From Bordetella parapertussis (GTDB lineage: Bacteria > Pseudomonadota > Gammaproteobacteria > Burkholderiales > SG8-41): a stretch of 64,000 nucleotides of DNA. How positions within the stretch are numbered: the stretch's first letter is position 1; each line of letters begins with the position of its first letter. The position numbers and the translations under genes were made by a program. The stretch spans positions 10,300 through 74,299 of the forward strand of contig CAMATZ010000002.1 of the NCBI GenBank assembly GCA_945861275.1. Reading direction: 5' to 3'. The notes beneath the pieces were generated by a model that had not been told where the DNA came from, did not search any database, and saw nothing but the letters and a program-made list of their open reading frames with translations. Shown here one piece after another: positions 55,910 to 63,092 of the stretch.

Positions 55910-56692
55910 TTGAAGTCCGAACCCATACTCGTCACCCGCGACGGCAGCATTGCCACCGTCGCGCTGAATAATCCCGACCGCCTTAACGCGCTGAACAAGC
56001 CGATGTGGGAACGCCTCGGTGCGGCGATGCGCGAATTGTCGGCCGACGACACGCTGCGCTGCGTGGTACTGCGCGGCGCAGGTGAAAAGGCCTTCGCCGC
56101 AGGCGCCGACATTTCTGAATTCGCGTCTGAGCGCGCGAATTCAACGCAGGCCAAAATCTACGGTGATCTGGTACACCACACCATGCAGGCCGTGGGCATG
56201 TGCAAGCATCCGACGGTGGCGATGATCAAAGGCGCGTGTGTCGGCGGCGGCCTCGAAATCGCCGCCATGTGCGATATGCGCATTTGCGGCGTATCGAGCC
56301 GCTTCGGCGTGCCGATCAACAAGCTGGGCCTGACCATGGGTTACGGCGAACTCGCCGGTCTGCTGGCGCTGGCAGGGCGCGCTGTGGCACTGGAAATTTT
56401 GCTCGAAGGCCGCGTATTTGATGCGAACGAGGCACTGCAAAAGCGTCTCGTCAATCGTGTGGTGGCCGACGATCAAGTGGAAGTCGAGGCCTACGCCACC
56501 GCGGCACGCATTGCCGCCGGCGCGCCGCTGGTTGCGCGCTGGCACAAGCAATTCATCGAGCGCCTGACGGTGCAGGCCAGTATTGCGCCGGAGGTGTGGG
56601 ACGAGGGGTTTGCGTGCTTTGACACCGAGGATTACCGCTTGGGTATCGCGGCATTTTTGGCCAAAAAACCACCGCAGTTCAAGGCAAGATGA
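55910..56692 (+). CDS. enoyl-CoA hydratase/isomerase family protein (paralogue of 40870..41655)
   Basis: RCVVLRGAGEKAFAAGADISEF, GACVGGGLEIAAMCDMRI and the C-terminal AAGAPLVARWHKQFIERL are near-identical blocks to the other ECH. Start is uncertain: TTG 55910 gives a length matching the paralogue; ATG 55886 is the alternative. Confidence 0.8.
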   Translation: MKSEPILVTRDGSIATVALNNPDRLNALNKPMWERLGAAMRELSADDTLRCVVLRGAGEKAFAAGADISEFASERANSTQAKIYGDLVHHTMQAVGMCKHPTVAMIKGACVGGGLEIAAMCDMRICGVSSRFGVPINKLGLTMGYGELAGLLALAGRAVALEILLEGRVFDANEALQKRLVNRVVADDQVEVEAYATAARIAAGAPLVARWHKQFIERLTVQASIAPEVWDEGFACFDTEDYRLGIAAFLAKKPPQFKAR

Positions 56693-57264
56693 AATCTCTC
56701 CTGGTCTGCTGCGCACTGCTTACGCTGGCCGCCTGCGCACCGCCGGCGCAGGCGGCGGTCGATCTCAGTGATCAAGTCGAACGTTATGCTATCGAGGGCG
56801 CCACACCGGCTGACCTGCGCCGCGAAATGAACACCAGGGGGCCGCAAGGCGCGGGAGGCCGCCGCTTCGACGGCTATACGCGTTGGTTCGTGAGTTGGCG
56901 TTACAGTTACCGCAACACGGGTAGTGGGTGTGCCATCGCCTCCGTAACAACCAGCGTCAAGGTGACGATGACACTGCCTCAATGGGACGACGAAAGCCGG
57001 GCGAACAGCGTCACGCGCCAGCAGTGGGCCCGCTATCTCGCCGCGCTGGAGCTGCACGAACAGGGGCATCGCCGTCACGGCATAGATGCGGCCAACGAAG
57101 TCGATCGCGCGATCGCCGCCATGCCGCCTGCCGGCAATTGTGATGCGCTCGGCAAAAATGCGAACGCGCTGGGCATGAGCATCCTGCGCAAATACAACCA
57201 ACTCGATCTCGATTACGATCGCGACACCGGGCATGGCGCAAGCCAGGGAGCACGGTTTCCATAG
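56689..57264 (+). CDS. DUF922-like predicted secreted Zn-dependent peptidase, lipoprotein
   Basis: 191 aa. Lipobox LLTLAAC, an HEQGH (HExxH) motif, and C-terminal YDRDTGHGASQGARF as I recall for COG5661/DUF922. ATGA overlap with the ECH stop. Confidence 0.6.
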   Translation: MKSLLVCCALLTLAACAPPAQAAVDLSDQVERYAIEGATPADLRREMNTRGPQGAGGRRFDGYTRWFVSWRYSYRNTGSGCAIASVTTSVKVTMTLPQWDDESRANSVTRQQWARYLAALELHEQGHRRHGIDAANEVDRAIAAMPPAGNCDALGKNANALGMSILRKYNQLDLDYDRDTGHGASQGARFP

Positions 57265-57274
57265 TGTGCTGAAC

Positions 57275-57434
57275 CTGAAATTCGTAGCGAAAATGCAAGG
57301 CAGAACAATGCCATATCTGAATTTTTTTGCATGCGCGTTGCAGCGCGAAGGGCGACGAGGCAGGGTTGGGCACCCGGTGAGGAGCGCGACAGAGCTGCAG
57401 CGCGCAGGCAAAGAAATTCTGCTGCGAATTTCAG
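57275..57434 (+). other. 160-nt long-range hairpin in the intergenic region (candidate structured RNA or palindromic element)
   Basis: The outer 14-bp helix is CTGAAATTCGTAGC (57275-88) with GCTGCGAATTTCAG (57421-34). The inner 26-bp helix is GAATTTTTTTGCATGCGCGTTGCAGC (57319-44) with GCTGCAGCGCGCAGGCAAAGAAATTC (57394-419). Three of four imperfect positions are U-G wobbles only in the plus-strand transcript. Confidence 0.5.
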
Positions 57435-57451
57435 ACTCAGGACACTCAGCC

Positions 57452-58207
57452 ATGCGCGCACTCGCCTACTTACTGTTTTTTGTGGTGTCGGCAAGCTGTT
57501 TTGCGCAAACGGCTCAGCCGGACTACGCCCGCGAAAAGCGCTGGGCGGACGAAATCACCCCGGCGATACTGGTCGGCGATCCGCTCTATCTCGCGCTCAA
57601 ATCGGGACACAAATTTCTGGCGCTCCACGCACCCAACCCCAAGGCGCGCGCAGGCGTGATCGTGGTGCATGGCTTGGGTACGCATCCGGACTGGAATCTT
57701 ATCAACGTGTTGCGCAGCCAGCTTGCCGAACAAGGCTACACCACACTGTCGGTGCAAATGCCGGTGCTGGCCGCGGATGCCAAAGCGGATTCATATACTG
57801 CGCTATTTCCCGAAGCCGCAGAGCGCCTGCAAGCCGCTGTCGCCTTTCTGCGTGAGCAAGGGCACCGCAAAATCGTCCTCGTGTCGCACAGCATGGGCGC
57901 GCGCATGGTGAACCATTTTCTGGCCGCCGATCATGACAGGGGCGGCGCGGTCGACGCCTGGGTATCCGTGGGCATCAGCAGCGGCGTTTATCTGCATCCG
58001 GAATTGTTCAAAGCACCGGTGCTCGACATCTACGGCGAGAAAGATTTTCCGCTAGTGCTCGCCAACGCCGCCAGGCGTGTCGATGCGATCAAGCGCGTGC
58101 GCGGCTCCGGGCAAATGTCAGTGGCTGGTGCCGATCATTACTTCACTGGCGCGGAATCAGATCTGGTGCGCCACGTAAGGCGCTTTTTGGATAACTTAAC
58201 GCGATAA
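57452..58207 (+). CDS. secreted alpha/beta hydrolase
   Basis: From ATG 57452: signal peptide MRALAYLLFFVVSASCFAQ, VIVVHGLGTHPDWN, nucleophile elbow VSHSMGA (GxSxG-type), and a late DHYF His region. Confidence 0.72.
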   Translation: MRALAYLLFFVVSASCFAQTAQPDYAREKRWADEITPAILVGDPLYLALKSGHKFLALHAPNPKARAGVIVVHGLGTHPDWNLINVLRSQLAEQGYTTLSVQMPVLAADAKADSYTALFPEAAERLQAAVAFLREQGHRKIVLVSHSMGARMVNHFLAADHDRGGAVDAWVSVGISSGVYLHPELFKAPVLDIYGEKDFPLVLANAARRVDAIKRVRGSGQMSVAGADHYFTGAESDLVRHVRRFLDNLTR

Positions 58208-58322
58208 CATACGCCCGTCGTTCCGCGCTTGAACCGAAACCCTGCGCTTTTCTGGGTGCTGGCGCACGCCAAAACGAGGATTTTGATTATCCATGAGGAG
58301 ACGTTCAGTGTACACAACGAAA

Positions 58323-59276
58323 ATGGTCCACGCCATCGCAGGGCTTGCGCTCGCCGCGCTGGCCCTTGCCGGCAACGCTCATGCCGCCTGGCCGGAAAAG
58401 ACCGTGCGCATAGTCATTCCGTGGCCGCCCGGCGGCAGCACCGATATCGTCGGACGCCTGATGGCGGCTGAACTCACGCAGCGCTTGAAGCAGCAATTCC
58501 TCATTGACAACCGTGCCGGGGCCGCTAGCATCATCGGCCTGCAACTCGCTTCACAGCTACCGCCCGACGGCTACTCGTTGATGATGACTTCGACCGCGTA
58601 TGGTTTTCTGATCGACAAACCTAAGGTACCGATTGATCTGGTCAATTCGTTTGCCCCTGTGGCCTTTATCGGCATGGGGGACAGCGCGTTCGCGATTCAC
58701 CCTTCGTTGCAGGTGAATTCGGTGAAGGAGCTTATAACGCTTGCCAAGAAACGGCCTGGAGAAATCTTCTATGCATCATCGGGCATCGGCGGTTTTCCGC
58801 ACATGTCCACCGAACTCTTCAAAATGATGACCAAGACGAATCTGGTTCACGTGCCGTTCAAGGGCGGCGGGCCGGCCGCAGCCGATGTCATGGCGGGGCA
58901 TACGCAAATCCTGTTAGGGTCGCTGCCCACGGTGACGGGAATGATCAACGCAAAACGGTTAAAGTTGCTGGCGACCGGCGGCAAGCAGCGCAACCCGCAT
59001 TTTCCGAAAACGCCCACCGTGGCCGAAACGGTGCCCGGTTACGAATCGACGATCTGGTGGGGCCTGTTCGCACCCAAAACCACGCCTGCCGAACTCATTG
59101 CCCGCGTGCATGCGGAGTTTAACAACGCGCTGACTTCGCCCGAATTGCTCAGGCGTCTTGAAGAGCAGGGCGCGGTACCGTCAAAAATGAGTTCCGCGGA
59201 GTTCGGCAAGTTGATGGTGTCGGAAACCAACAAGTGGCTGGAAGTGATACGTGTAGCGGGTATTAAAGCCGAGTAA
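58323..59276 (+). CDS. Bug family TTT substrate-binding protein (TctC-like)
   Basis: From ATG 58323: signal peptide MVHAIAGLALAALALAGNAHA, then AWPEKTVRIVIPWPPGGSTD. Confidence 0.85.
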   Translation: MVHAIAGLALAALALAGNAHAAWPEKTVRIVIPWPPGGSTDIVGRLMAAELTQRLKQQFLIDNRAGAASIIGLQLASQLPPDGYSLMMTSTAYGFLIDKPKVPIDLVNSFAPVAFIGMGDSAFAIHPSLQVNSVKELITLAKKRPGEIFYASSGIGGFPHMSTELFKMMTKTNLVHVPFKGGGPAAADVMAGHTQILLGSLPTVTGMINAKRLKLLATGGKQRNPHFPKTPTVAETVPGYESTIWWGLFAPKTTPAELIARVHAEFNNALTSPELLRRLEEQGAVPSKMSSAEFGKLMVSETNKWLEVIRVAGIKAE

Positions 59277-59399
59277 ACGGCCACGGCGTTGATTGGTTTA
59301 GCTATTTGTTTTTTGAATGACGGATTCAACGAACAAGCTCTGATTAATAATTGTGCGGGAGCGTAAGATACAGACCGATTTGTTGAAAAGGAAGAGAAG

Positions 59400-62300
59400 T
59401 TGGCAGACGCACAGCAACGCCAGGGCGACGAATTATTCATCGTCGATAACAGCGATTCCGACTGGAAAGTAAGGGACTATCTTCGCGAATGGTCGGGGAT
59501 ATCCCGTGCTTTCGATATCGCTACCGGGTACTTTGAAATTGGCGCATTGCTGGCCTTGGACGGGCAGTGGCAGCAATTGGAAAAGCTTCGAATCCTCATG
59601 GGTGACGAGGTATCGAAGCGTACTAAAAAGGCGCTGCTGGCGGGCATCCAAAACGTCAATCAAATTCTCGACGCGAGTCTTGAGAAGGAGAAAGAAAAAA
59701 ACGACTTCCTCACCGGTGTGCCTGCAATCGTTGAAGCGATTCGGGATCGCAAGATCGAATGCCGGGTTTACACGAAGGAAAAGTTTCACGCCAAGGCTTA
59801 CATTACCCACTCCAAACTAGCGGTCGTCGGCTCCGCAGCACTGGTTGGCTCCAGCAATCTTACCTATCCGGGACTCACCCAAAACGTCGAACTTAATGTT
59901 CAATTGCGCCGTGAAGTGCCGGTATTGCAGGAATGGTTCGAGCGACACTGGAATGAGGCGGAAGACGTTTCCGACGAGATCCTCAAAGTGATCGAGCGGC
60001 ACACACGGGATTACCTTCCGTTCGAGATTTACGCCAAGGCACTTCAAGAGTACTTCCGCAACCACGAAATCACTGTGGGCGAGTGGGAGTTACTTCATTC
60101 GAAAATGTTTTCTGTGCTCGACCAGTACCAAAAAGAGGGCTATCAGGCGCTAATCAAGATCGCCAACACTTATCACGGTGCATTCTTGTGCGATGGCGTC
60201 GGCCTTGGCAAAACGTTTGTCGGCATGATGGTGATCGAGCGTCTCATCATGCACGACCGCAAGCGCGTCATGCTGCTGGTGCCCAAAGCCGCACGCAAAC
60301 CTGTATGGGAAGCGGCTCTCAAGCGGTATCTGCCGCATCTCGCGGGCGACTTCAGCAACCTCGTTATTTTTAATCATACCGATCTTCAGCGTGAGGGCGA
60401 ATACCCTGAACGATTCGAGCGAATGAGAGAAATGGCGGACGTGATTCTGGTCGATGAGGCGCATCATTTCCGCAACCCCGGTATCAAGGGCATAACGGGC
60501 AAGGCCCCGTCCCGATATCGGAAATTCTTCGAATTGGCACAGGGCAAGCAGTTGTTTCTGCTCACCGCTACGCCGATCAACAACAAGCTCATCGATCTTC
60601 AACACCTGATCGAACTCTTTTCACAGCGCCAGGCGGACTATTTCAAATCGGCGCCGCTCGGTATTCATTCCTTGCCCGGCCACTTCCGCCGGATGGAAAA
60701 GGAGTTGGATCGGTTGGTTTCCGGCGCCGCCCCGGGCGCACAACAACAACTGGAAATTAGCGAAATCGAGGCCGAGCGAGTACTAACACAGGACGCTTTA
60801 TTCCAGGCGCTGGTTGTTCAGCGGAGTCGTGCCTACGTTACTGCGAGCCAGAAGCAGCACGGGGGAAGCGAAGCGCTCTTTCCGCAGCGGGAGGATCCTC
60901 GCGTCGCGGCCTACTCAATCAAAAAAACCTATGGGCGCTTACTGACCATGATGGAGGAGGCATTCTCAAAGAGTAAGCCGTTGTTCTCGCTACCGATGTA
61001 CTACCCTTTGGCTTACTTCAAGGGTGACGATAAGAATGTGGATCCGCTAATCGAAAATCGCCAGAAGCAAGTCGTGGGCTTGATTCGCATTCTGTTTCTG
61101 AAGCGTTTCGAGAGCTCCGCCAAAGCATTTGAAACGTCATGCGAGATGCTATTGCTCAAGCTGCTGACCTTCATGACGAAGAATTCCAAATCGGCTTCGG
61201 AACTTCGTGTACTGGAACGCTGGAAGCTGCAGCACGCAGATTTGATCGGTTATGTACAAAAGCACCAGCTCGAGTTGTTCGGCGAGGAGGACGAAGAGGC
61301 CGACGAGGACATCATCACCGAAGAAATGCTGGACGAAGTGGAGGAGCTTTCCCGTGAACAATACAGGGTTGAAGAGATATTGCAGGAAACGGTGCTCGAC
61401 CTCGATCAGGTCGCGCAGTTTCTGGAAGAGTTGCGCAAATTCAAGCCCTCGCATGACGACAAGCTGCGCGCATTGATTTCGTTATTGAAAAACGACCCTG
61501 TGCTCAAAAAGCACAAAGTTTTGATATTCTCAGAATTCATGTCCACCGCCCGCTATTTGCGGCATCAGTTGAGCGACGCGGGGATAGGTGGCATTGACCA
61601 GATAGACAGTGCTACCAAGCGCGACCGCGGCGAAGTGATCAAGCAGTTCGCGCCTTACTATAACGATTCGTCGAGCGCGCAACTGGCTGCTGCAGGGCTA
61701 ACCGAAACAACGGTGTTGATATCGACGGATGTGCTGTCAGAAGGCCTTAACCTGCAAGATGCGACCCGCCTCATCAATTACGATCTGCATTGGAACCCGG
61801 TCAGGCTGATGCAACGCATCGGTCGCGTCGACCGGCGCATGAACCCGGAGATCGAGGCCAGGTTGATTGCGGATCACCCTGACGAGAAGAAACTTCGCGG
61901 CAAAGTCGTGTATTGGAACTTCCTGCCCCCTGAGGAACTGGATAATCTGCTCGCGCTTTACGGCAAGGTATCGCATAAAACGTTGCGCATCTCGAAAACG
62001 TTTGGCATAGAAGGTAAAAAGCTCCTCAAGCCGGATGATGATTACGAAGCCATGAAGGACTTTAATCATTCCTATGAGGGCGCCACAACGGCCGATGAGG
62101 CCATGCACCTCGAATACCAGCGCTTGCTCCAGGAGCACCCTGACCTTAAGGCACGGCTCGACGTACTGCCGGGCCGGGTTTTTTCCGGCAAGGCGCATCC
62201 TGAAAAAGGCAAGCGGGCAGTATTTTTCTGTTATGCCTTGCCCGCGCAGGATCAAAGCATAGCCGACGAGGCTGCACTGGACGCTGGCCGTTGGACTATC

Positions 62301-62546
62301 GATTCGGGATACACGCGGTGGGTCTTATATGACTTTGAAACGAAGAAACTGATTGAGGACGCAACCCAGATTATCGAGTTTATCCGCAGCGGTCCGAATA
62401 CCCCGCGTGTGGTGGCGATTCCGCAACTGACGCTGGGCGAAATTCGAGGCGAGGTGGAGAAGCACTTAAGAAACACCTATCTCAGGCAAGTGCAGGCGCC
62501 GGTCGGCGTCAAACCTGTGTTGCGAGCGTGGATGGAATTGAACTGA
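59400..62546 (+). CDS. PLD/HKD-nuclease-domain plus SNF2-family helicase fusion protein (defence-associated helicase-related protein)
   Basis: 1048 aa. TTG start preceded by AAGGAAGAG. The N-terminus has an HKD-type motif, KFHAKAYITHSKLAVVGSAALVGSSNLT (aa about 128-155). It is followed by helicase motifs DGVGLGKTFVG (I), VDEAHHFRN (II), LLTATPINN (III) and HWNPVRLMQRIGRVDR (VI). Confidence 0.85.
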   Translation: MADAQQRQGDELFIVDNSDSDWKVRDYLREWSGISRAFDIATGYFEIGALLALDGQWQQLEKLRILMGDEVSKRTKKALLAGIQNVNQILDASLEKEKEKNDFLTGVPAIVEAIRDRKIECRVYTKEKFHAKAYITHSKLAVVGSAALVGSSNLTYPGLTQNVELNVQLRREVPVLQEWFERHWNEAEDVSDEILKVIERHTRDYLPFEIYAKALQEYFRNHEITVGEWELLHSKMFSVLDQYQKEGYQALIKIANTYHGAFLCDGVGLGKTFVGMMVIERLIMHDRKRVMLLVPKAARKPVWEAALKRYLPHLAGDFSNLVIFNHTDLQREGEYPERFERMREMADVILVDEAHHFRNPGIKGITGKAPSRYRKFFELAQGKQLFLLTATPINNKLIDLQHLIELFSQRQADYFKSAPLGIHSLPGHFRRMEKELDRLVSGAAPGAQQQLEISEIEAERVLTQDALFQALVVQRSRAYVTASQKQHGGSEALFPQREDPRVAAYSIKKTYGRLLTMMEEAFSKSKPLFSLPMYYPLAYFKGDDKNVDPLIENRQKQVVGLIRILFLKRFESSAKAFETSCEMLLLKLLTFMTKNSKSASELRVLERWKLQHADLIGYVQKHQLELFGEEDEEADEDIITEEMLDEVEELSREQYRVEEILQETVLDLDQVAQFLEELRKFKPSHDDKLRALISLLKNDPVLKKHKVLIFSEFMSTARYLRHQLSDAGIGGIDQIDSATKRDRGEVIKQFAPYYNDSSSAQLAAAGLTETTVLISTDVLSEGLNLQDATRLINYDLHWNPVRLMQRIGRVDRRMNPEIEARLIADHPDEKKLRGKVVYWNFLPPEELDNLLALYGKVSHKTLRISKTFGIEGKKLLKPDDDYEAMKDFNHSYEGATTADEAMHLEYQRLLQEHPDLKARLDVLPGRVFSGKAHPEKGKRAVFFCYALPAQDQSIADEAALDAGRWTIDSGYTRWVLYDFETKKLIEDATQIIEFIRSGPNTPRVVAIPQLTLGEIRGEVEKHLRNTYLRQVQAPVGVKPVLRAWMELN

Positions 62547-62558
62547 CAGGGGAAGCGT

Positions 62559-63092
62559 GTGACTGACGAGCAGCGCAAGCGTTTGCGCAACATCAAAACG
62601 TTTCACCAGCTCATTGCTTTCCTGCGTGATGAGTTGTGGTGGCCCATTGACCGGGGCGAAGACGAAGATGATCTGACATTCGATTGGTCCGACGACCTCG
62701 GGCTCGAAGCATCCGCGAAAGTAGGTATTAAGGAGATAAAGCAGCTCCGTCCGCTCGAGAGCGGCCAGCCCTGGGGCATCTTCTTCATCAACTTCGAAAA
62801 AAAGCGCCTGCCTATTGTTATCCTGCGCCGCATCCTGAATGCGCTGGTGGTCAAAAAGCGCGCCAGCGCCAACAAAGGCCAGCGTGCCGCGTGGCAGCAG
62901 CATGACCTGCTGTTCATCTCGGCCTACGGTGAGGACGACGAAGCGCGCCAGCTCACCTTTGCGCATTTCAGCGAACCAGCCAGCGAACTCGCAGATACCA
63001 AGCCCACCTTGCGCGTATTGGGCTGGGACGACGACGACACCAACCTCAAGCTGGACTACGTCGCCGACAAGCTCAAAGAAAAACTTACCTAG
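62559..63092 (+). CDS. N-terminal module of a large Eco57I/PglX-type DNA methyltransferase, terminated by an in-frame TAG (177-aa product)
   Basis: GTG start with RBS GGGGAAG, 12 nt after the helicase stop. MTDEQRKRLRNIKTFHQLIAFLRDELWWPI...QPWGIFFINFEKKRLPIVILRRIL...LFISAYGE matches my recollection of the N-terminus of full-length enzymes of this type. The same frame continues open after TAG 63090-63092. Confidence 0.6.
   Translation: MTDEQRKRLRNIKTFHQLIAFLRDELWWPIDRGEDEDDLTFDWSDDLGLEASAKVGIKEIKQLRPLESGQPWGIFFINFEKKRLPIVILRRILNALVVKKRASANKGQRAAWQQHDLLFISAYGEDDEARQLTFAHFSEPASELADTKPTLRVLGWDDDDTNLKLDYVADKLKEKLT

Noticed and set aside
59277-59330. Possible rho-independent terminator after the last Bug gene (AACGGCCACGGCGTT followed later by a T-run)
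   Set aside because: The stem is only about 4 bp and the T-run is separated from it. The evidence is too weak to call.
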